Shown one piece after another: positions 29,957-39,701 of a stretch of DNA of 64,000 bases. Numbering within the stretch: position 1 is the first letter of the stretch; the number at the start of each line of letters is the position of its first letter. The notes beneath the pieces were generated by a model. That model searched no databases. It was not told where the DNA came from and saw only the letters and a list, made by a program, of their open reading frames with translations. The translations under genes were made by a program, and so were the position numbers. Origin of the DNA: an uncultured archaeon (lineage in GTDB: Archaea; Thermoproteota; Nitrososphaeria_A; Caldarchaeales; Wolframiiraptoraceae); contig CALKCF010000004.1 of the NCBI GenBank assembly GCA_938083505.1, forward strand, positions 1 to 64,000, written 5' to 3'.

Positions 29957-31390
29957 ATGAATGACACATATGAGCGACTACTCTCCTCAGCAACATTAAC
30001 AGCTGAATTTATAAATGAATGCATTAAAGAGGATAACCTTCTGTTGCTAATCTGCCACAACGACGCGGACGCTCTGTCAGCCTGCGGTATAATGGTGGGC
30101 TCGTTATGGAGGAGCGATGCAAGATTTCTGGCAAGATCCGTCAACAGAATTGATGAGTTTTTTCAACAATTAGATGAAAGCTCAGCGGATGCTGATTGTA
30201 TAATATTCCTTGACTTAGGTAGCGGATACGTGAAAGAGATATACAACAAGGTTGGTGAGAAGAAAGTTGTTATTATCGATCATCACCAGCCGCAGAACTT
30301 TAACATCCCTAAGTGCTATGTCCACTTTAACCCTCATCTCGAAGGATTGGAAGGTGCTACACACATAAGCGCATCAGGTCTAGCATACTTGGTCTCAAAG
30401 GTGCTTAACGAAGAGAACTACATCTATTCCTCGATTGCCGTAGTAGGTGCTCTCGGCGATTTACAAGATAAAGACGGTCAGAGGAGGTTAGGAGGTGTGA
30501 ACGCAAAAATAGTCGAAGAAGCCATTGATAAAGGCCTCTTACAGGTTATGGATGATTTGATACTGTTCGGTAGGAGCTTTAGGCCGATACATGCGGCACT
30601 TGCCAGCACTTCAAACCCGTTCTTGCCAGGGTTAACTGGCAGGGAGGATGTGTGCTATAGCTTGATCACGTCGCTTGGCATAAAAGTCAAAGATGGCGAT
30701 AGGTGGCGCGTACTTACTGACCTGACGGAGGAGGAGAAGTCGAAGCTTTATAACGGCATAATATCGTTCCTTGCTTCAAGAGGATTACCGGCTAGCAGCA
30801 TCGCAAGAGAGTTGATCGGAGCAGTCTATGAGTTGAGGGAAGAGGAACGATGGACGTACCTAAGAGACGCTAGAGAGTTTGCGTGGCTCCTGAATGCTTG
30901 CGGTAAGACTGGTAATGCGTGGATGGGGATAGCAATAGCCGCAGGTGTTAGAGGAGGTATATTGGAGGAGGCGCAAAAACTCCTAGAAGAGTATAGGGTA
31001 CAGATGGCGAAGAATATGGAACTTCTTACAAGACCGGAATCCGTTGTGAGTATGGAAAATGTTATAGTTTTCAACGGCGGAGACTTAATAGATGAAAGGC
31101 AGGTTAGCTCCCTAGCGTCGCTCATTTCATCTTCAGGAATGATACCACAAGATAAAGTCTTGATAGCTTGGGCAAGATATGGGAACAGAATTAAGGTGTC
31201 GGCTAGGGCTAACAGATCACAGGTTGAAAAAGGTGTTAATCTGGGAAGTATCCTCTCAGATGTAGCTAATATTATTGGTGGTAGGGGTGGGGGTCACAAC
31301 ATAGCTGCTGGAGCTGATTTGCCCGCAGACATGCTCGAGCAATTTTTGAGGGAGGTAGACAAAAGGGTTGGATCCCAACTCAGAACCTGA
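29957..31390 (+). CDS. DHH phosphoesterase, RecJ/Cdc45-like (GAN)
   Basis: HNDAD, DLG, DHH, GDLQD, GGGH..AAG; conserved rps15-DHH-pcc1-rps3ae order. Confidence 0.85.
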   Translation: MNDTYERLLSSATLTAEFINECIKEDNLLLLICHNDADALSACGIMVGSLWRSDARFLARSVNRIDEFFQQLDESSADADCIIFLDLGSGYVKEIYNKVGEKKVVIIDHHQPQNFNIPKCYVHFNPHLEGLEGATHISASGLAYLVSKVLNEENYIYSSIAVVGALGDLQDKDGQRRLGGVNAKIVEEAIDKGLLQVMDDLILFGRSFRPIHAALASTSNPFLPGLTGREDVCYSLITSLGIKVKDGDRWRVLTDLTEEEKSKLYNGIISFLASRGLPASSIARELIGAVYELREEERWTYLRDAREFAWLLNACGKTGNAWMGIAIAAGVRGGILEEAQKLLEEYRVQMAKNMELLTRPESVVSMENVIVFNGGDLIDERQVSSLASLISSSGMIPQDKVLIAWARYGNRIKVSARANRSQVEKGVNLGSILSDVANIIGGRGGGHNIAAGADLPADMLEQFLREVDKRVGSQLRT

Positions 31391-31658
31391 AACCATCAAA
31401 GCGACGTTAGAAGTGGTATGCGATTCTGAAGAGGAGGCGAACCTTATCCTGTCTGTGTTATCGCCAGATAATGCCCCGCTTCCTGAGGGGTTAAAGCTTT
31501 CGATGCATATTGAGGGGTGCAAGCTCATTTCGGAAATTGAATGCAAAAGACCCATCTCGTCACTCTTGAATACACTTGACGATATTCTATCCATGACATC
31601 CCTTATAAAGATGACAGTCTTAGAAACGAAACGGCTACAAGCAAAGATTAATAAGTAA
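31368..31658 (+). CDS. pcc1: KEOPS subunit Pcc1
   Basis: Small protein with LSPDN and SLLNTLDDIL; position between the DHH gene and rps3ae. Confidence 0.8.
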   Translation: MDPNSEPETIKATLEVVCDSEEEANLILSVLSPDNAPLPEGLKLSMHIEGCKLISEIECKRPISSLLNTLDDILSMTSLIKMTVLETKRLQAKINK

Positions 31659-31705
31659 ACCTTTCAGGAAAACCAAGCAGAATGCGTAAACAGAGGAGAA
31701 CTTAA

Positions 31706-32323
31706 TTGTCCAAAAAAGCAGGAGAAAAAACCAAGTATCAGGTAACGGTGTACGCGCCTCCGTACTTCGGAGGGCAAGAGATAGGCACGGTGCTTGCGAC
31801 AGAAGATCCTAGCCGGGTGATCGGCAGGGTAATAAGAACTGACCTATATCAACTCACAGGCGATCCATCCAAACATTACCTACTATTATACTTCAAAATA
31901 ATTAGTGTCAAAGATTCTTCAGCATCAACAATATTTCACGGTCACGAATATGGAAGGGAATTCCTAAGGAGCCTAGTTAGAAGAGGCAGCACAAAAGTAG
32001 ATGGTATATTTGACGTCACGACAAAGGACGGCTTCCACCTAAGGCTGACAGTTACAGCTTTCTCGGTGAATAGGATAAGACGTGGTAAAGATAGGACCAT
32101 AAGGCATATCATGAAAAAAGTGGTGACGAATACTGGAGAAACCTTAACACTGGACCAGCTTTCGCAAGAGATAGTCCTAGGAAAGACGGCATCGGATATA
32201 TTTAACTTGGCGAAGAAGATCACAGTCTTGAGACACGTTGGTGTCGTCAAATCTAAGGTACTTAAGGTTCCGGCTTGGGTTTATTCTGGAGAAAAAGCAG
32301 AAGAATTAAAGCAGGAGACTTAA
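31706..32323 (+). CDS. rps3ae: 30S ribosomal protein S3Ae (eS1)
   Basis: VYAPPYFG, RSLVRRGSTKVD, TKDG, IVLGK. Confidence 0.93.
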   Translation: MSKKAGEKTKYQVTVYAPPYFGGQEIGTVLATEDPSRVIGRVIRTDLYQLTGDPSKHYLLLYFKIISVKDSSASTIFHGHEYGREFLRSLVRRGSTKVDGIFDVTTKDGFHLRLTVTAFSVNRIRRGKDRTIRHIMKKVVTNTGETLTLDQLSQEIVLGKTASDIFNLAKKITVLRHVGVVKSKVLKVPAWVYSGEKAEELKQET

Positions 32324-32379
32324 AAAAGTTCCTTCTAAAACGTTAAATTTAATGATTGACACTTTTTTGAAGGCTTGCC

Positions 32380-33024
32380 TTGAGTAGGAGGCCATTAGAT
32401 AGGAGAGAAGGTAGGTTGATGGTAGCAAGGCAGGCGGCCATGCTGTTGTATGAAGGTGTTGTATCCGAGTACAAAGAAGCGAAAGAAGTTGCCGCCGAGA
32501 ACCTTAGGATAAAAAGCATGCCTAGTAACTATGAGGTGGCGATGGAACTGAGAAAATATTCTGAAGAGGTTGAAGGGGCAGCATTCGCTGAAAGGCTTAG
32601 AACAATGAGGAAGGACGCTTTAGAGGTTATGAAAGCCCTCTCAGCTTTCGCTCCTAGGCTTGTGGGTAGCGTTTGGCGGGGCGTGCTTACACCAAGGAGT
32701 GATATAGACATAGAGGTTTACACAGAAGATTTGAACATGGTGCTCTCAAAGCTGAAAGATGTTGTGAGTAAGATATTAGGTTGGGAGGAGATAAAACTAC
32801 CTGAGCAGATGAGGCTCGGATCGCTCTATAGGATTAGAGCAAAGTCAAAAGTAGGATATGAGTTAGAAATATTGGTGAAAGAGCCGGGAATGCTTAAAAA
32901 GCCCGCTAGGTGTGAAATATTCGGGGACTTAAAGAAGGGCCTAACTATTAATGAGCTGGAGGAGCTACTCATGAAAGACCCGGAAGGTCTCAGGGTTCCG
33001 AAGGGTAGGGTGAAAGCAGGATAA
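32380..33024 (+). CDS. Predicted nucleotidyltransferase (Pol beta superfamily)
   Basis: LVGSVWRG...SDIDI. Confidence 0.8.
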   Translation: MSRRPLDRREGRLMVARQAAMLLYEGVVSEYKEAKEVAAENLRIKSMPSNYEVAMELRKYSEEVEGAAFAERLRTMRKDALEVMKALSAFAPRLVGSVWRGVLTPRSDIDIEVYTEDLNMVLSKLKDVVSKILGWEEIKLPEQMRLGSLYRIRAKSKVGYELEILVKEPGMLKKPARCEIFGDLKKGLTINELEELLMKDPEGLRVPKGRVKAG

Positions 33025-33365
33025 TGGGCGAGTTCGATATCGAAGAGTTTAGGAGAATGTTCCCGAATCTTTACAGAGAGATCGTTAAGAAGAATATGTG
33101 CATAAGGATAGATGCTCAAAGGGATTCTGAGAAGAGAGCTGAGGAAGCAATGGATATATTGCATGGTGGCCTACCAGGACCTGTTGACTACATCAGACGT
33201 TGTGATACTGATGACGAAGCTATAAAGCTTGTCGATTACTTGGAGTTGAGGGGAGAAATCACAAAAGAAGAGGCGGATAGGTTGAAGAAGCAGATAAGGG
33301 AGATGGGTGTCAGAAGTTTTGGAACAAAGAAAGAGTTGGGCTACTACTCGAAATTCATCCGTTAG
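33024..33365 (+). CDS. DUF2095 family protein
   Basis: FPNLYREI, PVDYIRRCDT.DEA, GVRSFG.KK..GYY. Confidence 0.75.
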   Translation: MGEFDIEEFRRMFPNLYREIVKKNMCIRIDAQRDSEKRAEEAMDILHGGLPGPVDYIRRCDTDDEAIKLVDYLELRGEITKEEADRLKKQIREMGVRSFGTKKELGYYSKFIR

Positions 33366-34579
33366 CCACGTTTCGTCGTAGCTATGATTGAAATAACGTC
33401 CCTACTCTTAAGCTGGTATTTCTCTCCAAGTCTTAACTTAGTCCTTGCATCTATTGCATAGAGGAATCCTTTGCCAAGCTCGCTATGAATCTTATAAGCG
33501 AGGTCTCTTGCGGTGGAACCTTTAGGAAGAAGGTATACATCAGGCAGAACGTTTCCATCTTTGTCAGATAGTCTTTCGACATCTTCAACCGGATAGACCG
33601 GTATGTAACCAAGCACCTCAAGGTAGGCCATATTTATGAGTTGCTGAACGCCTGTACTCCCCCATCGTGCTAACACGTGAGTCTCTATCATATCAAGTGC
33701 CCTTTTCTGCTGCGGTGTCAGTTTTGAAGAATCTAATACTTTGAACGAAGCGTCACCAGGAGTGTAATTCACGAGTCCTTTTTCTGTGGCTATCCTTAGT
33801 ATTCTTTCTGCCTCTGCGCTGCAAGGTACGACTCTATAACCGGCAGACTTCAATCGTTCAACACCTCTCTCGGCACCCTCTATGTCTACCTTATTCGCAG
33901 CTACGATTATGGGCTTCGAAAGCGCTTGTAGTTCCATTGCTAGGTTGAGCAAATCTCGTTTGTCGAACTTAGACGGTATGTATGGATTAAGTCCTAGGGA
34001 TTGTAGCGCCTGTTCAATTTGGCTAGGGGTTATGCTCAAGCCTGAGAGTTTGCTGGATAATTCCTCAACCAACGTAGATTGTTTGTTTTCAACAGCCCTG
34101 CATATCTTCCCCCAATCCTTCTCGAGTAGTCCAGCAATCCAGAAGATCAGCTCCTCCTCAACGATTTTAACGTCCTCTACTGGGTCATGCGTCCCAGGTT
34201 CTACGAGCCTGCCCTCAGCATCGGTTGCACCAGCCGCGTCGCATACGACTATGAGAGCGCTTGCCTGCCTTATCTCATCCAAGAACTGTAGGCCCAGTCC
34301 TTTTCCAGCATGAGCATCTTTTACTATTCCTGGACAGTCAATTACCTGAATCGGCACGAGCCTCGAGCCGTTAATGCATAACGAGTTTTTCGGGTTGTCA
34401 TTTACACCAAATTCTTTACAAACACAATCTATCCTGAGGTGGGTTATGCCGACGTTCGGCTTGATCGTCGTGAATGGATAGTTGGCTATCTGCACGGGTA
34501 CTAGAGTCATTGCAGAAAAGAGTGTGCTTTTACCCGTGTTTGGTTTGCCGACAATACCCGCTAGCTCCAAATCCCGCAC
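33362..34579 (-). CDS. ychF: OBG-family GTPase/ATPase YchF with TGS domain
   Basis: GKPNTGKST, NYPFTTI, GLGLQFLD, NKVD, C-terminal TGS. Confidence 0.93.
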   Translation of the reverse strand: MRDLELAGIVGKPNTGKSTLFSAMTLVPVQIANYPFTTIKPNVGITHLRIDCVCKEFGVNDNPKNSLCINGSRLVPIQVIDCPGIVKDAHAGKGLGLQFLDEIRQASALIVVCDAAGATDAEGRLVEPGTHDPVEDVKIVEEELIFWIAGLLEKDWGKICRAVENKQSTLVEELSSKLSGLSITPSQIEQALQSLGLNPYIPSKFDKRDLLNLAMELQALSKPIIVAANKVDIEGAERGVERLKSAGYRVVPCSAEAERILRIATEKGLVNYTPGDASFKVLDSSKLTPQQKRALDMIETHVLARWGSTGVQQLINMAYLEVLGYIPVYPVEDVERLSDKDGNVLPDVYLLPKGSTARDLAYKIHSELGKGFLYAIDARTKLRLGEKYQLKSRDVISIIATTKRG

Positions 34580-34642
34580 CTTTTCAGAATCGAATACGTT
34601 TAACGGTTATTCTTGTTGTTTTAAAACATTACTATCGACGTA

Positions 34643-35311
34643 TTAAAGCCCAAGGGCTGTGGATATCGTCATCAGCTCTGGACCTGTAGTCCTAGAACCC
34701 ACGATAGCACCTATCGAGGTCGCTACTATGCCGCTTCTTACGAAGGGCACCCCATCATTTACGGTACATGGTGTGCATGGAACCTTTAGCACATCCTTTA
34801 CGAGCCCCTCATCTTCTTCAGTACATTCTATGTGGATCACCGCACCGGTATTGGTGGCTACGGATATTGAGCCTACGTACGGTCTCCCTGCAAGTCTTGC
34901 CTGTACAACCTCTACATCTAACACGTCCCTGATCTTCGCAACCTCCTCCTTCGTGAATTCTGGGCTTACTATTGCGCCCTTGTCGTTTGTCACTACCAAG
35001 TTTCCGACTGCGGTCAGTTTGCTGTCCAAAACTTCAACCCGTATGCTATTTAGTTCTTTTTTAATAACATCAACTTCTTCTTCGAATGCTATAGGTGAAA
35101 TGAGTATGCCGTTAGAGTTACCAGTAAGAAGGGCACCTATCAAGTAAGTGCCGCCTATCGTGGTAGACACAGCCTTTACGTTTAAAACCTTAGATATCGT
35201 CTCAATCTTCTTCTTTGTTAGTTGAACTGGAACGATCACATACTTCTCGGATGCGAAAGAGAGGACACCGACCTCGGCCGTTCCGAAGAAGTCCTCCATT
35301 ATTATAACCAT
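34643..35311 (-). CDS. eif6: Translation initiation factor aIF6
   Basis: GNSNG, AVGN.V.TNDKGA, TVNDG, GSRTTGPE. Confidence 0.93.
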   Translation of the reverse strand: MVIIMEDFFGTAEVGVLSFASEKYVIVPVQLTKKKIETISKVLNVKAVSTTIGGTYLIGALLTGNSNGILISPIAFEEEVDVIKKELNSIRVEVLDSKLTAVGNLVVTNDKGAIVSPEFTKEEVAKIRDVLDVEVVQARLAGRPYVGSISVATNTGAVIHIECTEEDEGLVKDVLKVPCTPCTVNDGVPFVRSGIVATSIGAIVGSRTTGPELMTISTALGL

Positions 35312-35318
35312 TTCTACC

Positions 35319-35603
35319 TCATTCCGTCCTCTCTTCCTTTGGCAAGGATATCGTCACAACACCATCCTCGTCCTTTTCCATAAGAACCTTTATCCTCCTT
35401 GGAGGCTTTTGTATACTCATTTCCCATATGAGCTCGTTTACTTCCTCGGAAATCTTCACTTTATCCGACTTCATGTGTCTTGTTGCAAAGCTCCTGAGCA
35501 AATTTATCGCCCTTTCTGCCCTCCTCTTTCTGGAAGCCTTCCACGCATCTCTTAACGGTACCGTATATACCCTCGAAACTACGATCTTACTCATATGGAA
35601 CAC
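35319..35603 (-). CDS. rpl31e: 50S ribosomal protein L31e
   Basis: RVYTVPL, RAERA, RHMK, VNELIW...PP. Confidence 0.95.
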   Translation of the reverse strand: MFHMSKIVVSRVYTVPLRDAWKASRKRRAERAINLLRSFATRHMKSDKVKISEEVNELIWEMSIQKPPRRIKVLMEKDEDGVVTISLPKEERTE

Positions 35604-35667
35604 CGTTTCTTACATAAAAGTTTTCGAAGAATGCTTATATTTAGACTTACTTAAAAATTGACTAAAC

Positions 35668-35817
35668 TTAAGGTTTTATTCTCGAAATTTTCCAGTGCCT
35701 CCTTCTCGCATGTGTCCTAACTTTGCGTGCTGTTCTTAGTATGACCCATGAGGGTACTGGCCAGCTCCTCCTCATAGCCCTTGCCAATCTTTTCTTGAGG
35801 GGCAATGTCTTTACCAT
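35668..35817 (-). CDS. rpl39e: 50S ribosomal protein L39e (below the ORF-track cutoff)
   Basis: Hand translation MVKTLPLKKRLARAMRRSWPVPSWVILRTARKVRTHARRRHWKISRIKP; canonical position upstream of rpl31e. Confidence 0.93.
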   Translation of the reverse strand: MVKTLPLKKRLARAMRRSWPVPSWVILRTARKVRTHARRRHWKISRIKP

Positions 35818-35864
35818 GTCGGGTCAATTCCTAAGCAAGGTTCTATTATTTGTGCATTGCGCTC

Positions 35865-36194
35865 TTATATTCTTTCTATCCTTATTTCTCTCTTTTTCGG
35901 TAATACCTTCTCCAGTATCATCTTTATATCATCATCCGTGATGGGTGTTCTTACCCTACCTTCATTTACGAGTTTTATCAGTAACTCTTCTACGACACCA
36001 ACTACTTCTGGCCTAATTAACTTAAGATTAGCCAGTCTTTGACGCGCCTCTGGTGTCAATATCAGCCTCATGGCTGCTGCCCTTTCTGCCTCTCTTTGCC
36101 TCCTTGCCTGCTCCTCCGCCATCTTCGCTTGGAGCTCAGCCATCTTTTGTTGCCTTATTCGTTCAAGCTCTTCATCATACGACATGACCCTCAC
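35865..36194 (-). CDS. PDCD5-family DNA-binding protein
   Basis: ELERIRQQKMAELQ, ILTPEARQRL.NL. Confidence 0.92.
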   Translation of the reverse strand: MRVMSYDEELERIRQQKMAELQAKMAEEQARRQREAERAAAMRLILTPEARQRLANLKLIRPEVVGVVEELLIKLVNEGRVRTPITDDDIKMILEKVLPKKREIRIERI

Positions 36195-36274
36195 CCCTCT
36201 GGGTTTCTGAAATAAAACTTTAGATCAAGATAACTTAAACATTGCTTTAAAATTCAGAACCTTGAAACTTTTAT

Positions 36275-36694
36275 CTAACCTTTTAGGAGAACTTTTGCCG
36301 CCTCCTCTAGTAACTCCCTACCCTTAGAAGTCGCTACTCTGCCCTTCTTTCCCTCCTTCGTTACAAGACCAGCTGCCTCTAGCTGTTGGAGGGCCTTTCT
36401 GATGATACTACCGCTGCCTTTTGCGAAAGCCGGAGGTCTATGCCCCCTTCTATGCCTGCCACCATATATCGTCCTAAGCCTAGACACCCCTATCGGGCCC
36501 TTTAGGTAGACCTTTCGTAGGATTGCAGCGCACCTAATGTACCACCAATCAGGGTCGGAAGGTGGCCTTTCTTTATGTACGCCCGTCTTAGAGAAGATTG
36601 CCCATGGAGGTGGCTTTACAAGTTGCGCCTCCTTCAGGTATGCGGCCACTCTTTTTATGAGCTTCTCCGGATTCACGGTCAATACTCGCAACAT
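36275..36694 (-). CDS. rps19e: 30S ribosomal protein S19e
   Basis: KTGVHKERPP..DWWY.R.A, YGG, LQQLE.AG. Confidence 0.97.
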   Translation of the reverse strand: MLRVLTVNPEKLIKRVAAYLKEAQLVKPPPWAIFSKTGVHKERPPSDPDWWYIRCAAILRKVYLKGPIGVSRLRTIYGGRHRRGHRPPAFAKGSGSIIRKALQQLEAAGLVTKEGKKGRVATSKGRELLEEAAKVLLKG

Positions 36695-36722
36695 CTTATA
36701 ACACCTTTCTCTTAAACTTTCT

Positions 36723-37070
36723 CTAAAGTTTTTGAGCAGTCGACTTTATGTGTTTTTCTTTTTGGGCGGGGTACCTCCTTATCCACCCACACCTCAGACA
36801 CTTTACGACAACGTGTGTAGTCATTCTGTCCCTAACCCTAACGGAGAACGAGCTCGACCCTAGAAATAGGTTACCGCATTTTCTACAAAATAGTAGCTTA
36901 TACGGTTTTGGAATCCTCAATCTAGCCCTTTGGGCTATCCTTCTAGCTATGCTCACAGCTTCCCTCGCAGCCTCTGGATCCGATTGCGCATATGTTCTTG
37001 CGAACTCGAATAGCCTCTCTATCCTTTCACGCGCTATCGCTTTAAGCAAACGGTTTTTCATAAAGGGCAT
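36723..37070 (-). CDS. rnp4: RNase P protein component 4 (Rpp21)
   Basis: IARERIERL, FCRKC, CLRCG...RYP. Confidence 0.92.
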   Translation of the reverse strand: MPFMKNRLLKAIARERIERLFEFARTYAQSDPEAAREAVSIARRIAQRARLRIPKPYKLLFCRKCGNLFLGSSSFSVRVRDRMTTHVVVKCLRCGWIRRYPAQKEKHIKSTAQKL

Positions 37071-37177
37071 TATTAAAACTTTTGCTTTCTTTAATTAAGG
37101 TTATTGTTTGTTTTGAACAACTGAGCAAAAAGTTTTTCAAATCTTCAAATAGATTATAGCGTGCCGGTTGGAAGGTC

Positions 37178-37864
37178 GTGGAGTTCGTAAAACTAACTTT
37201 GGTTTTCGTGGAGGCAGCCCTCGAGCTCGTTCCAAGAGAATGTTGGAATCATAGTGCAGTGGTATCCGATGCGAGGAGGAGAGGTAAAAAACCGGAGCAA
37301 CTATTGCTTGACAGATCATATCATCATGCAGCGATGAAGAGCTTGGTTGATGCACATAAGCGGGGAAGGCCTGACATTGTACATTTTTGCCTACTGACAT
37401 CTTTAAGTTCCATCCTTTCCAAGAAAGGGCTTCTAGAGGTTTATGTGCATACGAGGGATGATAAGTTAATTTGGGTAAATCCTGAAACGAGGTTACCGAG
37501 GGTCTATGAAAGGTTCAAAGGTCTAATTGAGGCCTTGTACGAACAACACATCATAGAATCAGACGGTAAGAAGTTGCTTGAACTTAAAGATGCTACACTG
37601 ACTGATCTGCTGTTCACTTTGAAGCCTGACAAAGTAATCCTCATGAGTGAGAAAGGCAATAGGCTGACCATGAAAGAACTCGGTGAGTTACTGATCTCTT
37701 GTAAGAGGCCCGTCGTTCTCATAGGGGCCTTTCCAAGAGGTGAGCTGGAAGAACGGACTGTTAAAGTATCCGATGCTGTTGTATGCATTCATGAAGAACC
37801 TTTGGATGCATGGAGCGTTACATCATACGTGATATGTTCTCTGGAGTACGCGCTTGGTTACTAA
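37178..37864 (+). CDS. nep1: 16S rRNA pseudouridine N1-methyltransferase Nep1/Emg1
   Basis: LLDRSYHH, RGRPDIVH, TRLPR...RF.GL, IGAFPRG. Confidence 0.93.
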   Translation: MEFVKLTLVFVEAALELVPRECWNHSAVVSDARRRGKKPEQLLLDRSYHHAAMKSLVDAHKRGRPDIVHFCLLTSLSSILSKKGLLEVYVHTRDDKLIWVNPETRLPRVYERFKGLIEALYEQHIIESDGKKLLELKDATLTDLLFTLKPDKVILMSEKGNRLTMKELGELLISCKRPVVLIGAFPRGELEERTVKVSDAVVCIHEEPLDAWSVTSYVICSLEYALGY

Positions 37865-37904
37865 CCATATTGCTTATTTACTTGAAAATTTATGATATGA
37901 TTTT

Positions 37905-38573
37905 ATGATTGGTAGGAAAAAGTTGGCAGGACTGATAGACCACACGAATGTAAGGCCTACGGCTACAAATATTGACATAGAGAGGTTATGCGACGAGGCT
38001 ATTAAATATGGTTTCCACGTCGTGTGCGTTCAACCATGCTTTGTAAGATTAGCATCCAGACTAATTGCTGGCCATAGCAAGGTTAAGGTTTGCACAGTTA
38101 TAGGCTTTCCCTTTGGAACAAACACTACGGATGTAAAAGTTTTCGAGACAAAGAAGGCAATAGAGGATGGTGCGGAAGAGCTGGACGTCGTAATGAACAT
38201 AAGCATGGTAAAATCTGGGAACTACGCCTACATCGAAGATGAATTGAATAGGATTATGAATGTTACGAGAGGTGTTGTTTTCAAGTTAATAATTGAAACG
38301 GGATATCTGACGGTTGAAGAGATGCGCAAGGTGTGTGACATTGCCGTAAGGGTCGGAGTGGATTATGTGAAGACGTGCACGGGCTTTGGACCTAGGGGCG
38401 TATCTTTAGAGGATGTGAGATTGATAAAAGAGTTCACAGGCGGCAAAGTAGGCATAAAGGCCTCAGGAGGTATAAGAACCTACGAGCAGGCGGTTTCGCT
38501 GATTGAGGCGGGTGCCACAAGGCTTGGAACGAGCCATAGCTTGAAAGTGCTGGAAGGCGCACCACCAGAGTAG
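37905..38573 (+). CDS. deoC: Deoxyribose-phosphate aldolase
   Basis: IDHT, VIGFPFG, KLIIET, VKTCTGF, KASGGIR, RLGTS. Confidence 0.95.
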   Translation: MIGRKKLAGLIDHTNVRPTATNIDIERLCDEAIKYGFHVVCVQPCFVRLASRLIAGHSKVKVCTVIGFPFGTNTTDVKVFETKKAIEDGAEELDVVMNISMVKSGNYAYIEDELNRIMNVTRGVVFKLIIETGYLTVEEMRKVCDIAVRVGVDYVKTCTGFGPRGVSLEDVRLIKEFTGGKVGIKASGGIRTYEQAVSLIEAGATRLGTSHSLKVLEGAPPE

Positions 38574-38584
38574 GATGAGTCGGT

Positions 38585-38677
38585 TGCGGCGGCCGGGATT
38601 CGAACCCGGGATTTCAGGCTTGGAAGGCTTTCGCCGAATGTTCGACTGCGTCCTAGTCCAGACTAGACCACCGCCGC
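38585..38677 (-). tRNA. tRNA-Gly(TCC) with a 17-nt intron at non-canonical position 29/30 (intron 38629-38645)
   Basis: Minus strand GCGGCGG TG GTCTAGTCTGGACTAGGAC G CAG[TCGAACATTCGGCGAAA]GC CTTCCAA GCCTG AAATC CCGGG TTCGAAT CCCGG CCGCCGC A; no encoded CCA. Confidence 0.92.
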
Positions 38678-38818
38678 AGACGACATAAGACCTGCTATTA
38701 TTTATCATTAATAAGAATTAAAGATAATAAAAACTTGATGCCGAACCAACTAGAAGACAAAATACTTAAATAACAACAGGCACTTTATTACGAGCAATAT
38801 AAGAGGTAATGAATAGCT

Positions 38819-39604
38819 TTGAAAGTTAGTTCAGCTTTTTCTAAAACTGTCTTTATTTTGATAGCAGTCGTGTTGTCGGCTGTCGTGATAGCAGGTGTAG
38901 CTTACTATGCGACTATGCCAGTTACAACACCAACAACCTCACCTACTACTACAACAACGACGCCCACGAGCCCTACTACGACTCCAACCATAACGACACA
39001 AACTACTACGACAGAGACACAAACCACGCAGACTCAGACCGAGACGACAACAGTTACTACGACGGGTATCAGCCCTATAGTTAACTTAAGAGTTGGGTCC
39101 TATGTAAAGTACCTTCAGAGGGCCTATATGGATGAGGACATTTTTGAGTCGTACATAACGTTCCATGTTAAGGGTGAGGAGAGATACAATAACGTGAATT
39201 GTTTGCTTTTATCAATGGTTATGGAGGCTCAGCGGAATGGTGTTAGAATGAAGGAAGTTATCACATGGTGGTTATCTAAAATGGAACTAAAGATGATGCA
39301 CGCAAAGATACAGTTCTACCATAACGACGAGCTGATTTATGAGAGTGAGCCCTCACCTTACGAGGTGAGAGAGGAAGAGAGTCCTCCAGAACCTATAGAT
39401 GTGAACTACTTTGTAGGTTATGAGAGTGTAACGGTTCCAGCAGGTACATTTATAAACTGCATTAAGGTTGAGGTCTCCGAAAAAGAATCCCTTATGAAAA
39501 CATGGGCACATCCGAACGTTCCTATATACGGTTTAGTAAAATTTGAGCTATATAAAGCAGGGAGTTTGAAGTCGGTCATGGAGCTAATATCCTACGGCGG
39601 TTAA
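38819..39604 (+). CDS. Membrane-anchored extracellular protein with a Thr-rich linker
   Basis: N-terminal TM, poly-Thr/Pro linker, C-terminal domain with ESVTVPAGTF motif. Confidence 0.75.
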   Translation: MKVSSAFSKTVFILIAVVLSAVVIAGVAYYATMPVTTPTTSPTTTTTTPTSPTTTPTITTQTTTTETQTTQTQTETTTVTTTGISPIVNLRVGSYVKYLQRAYMDEDIFESYITFHVKGEERYNNVNCLLLSMVMEAQRNGVRMKEVITWWLSKMELKMMHAKIQFYHNDELIYESEPSPYEVREEESPPEPIDVNYFVGYESVTVPAGTFINCIKVEVSEKESLMKTWAHPNVPIYGLVKFELYKAGSLKSVMELISYGG

Positions 39605-39701
39605 ACCCTTGGATAATTAATCAAATACACTTAAAAAAATAAACCAAACTTAAAATTCTACCATTTTTTAAACATGAGGATGAGTTAGAGGGGACCACAT
39701 C

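Noticed and set aside
38920-39065. ACN-rich repetitive DNA, considered as a repeat array or CRISPR
   Set aside because: It encodes the poly-Thr linker; no constant repeat-spacer periodicity
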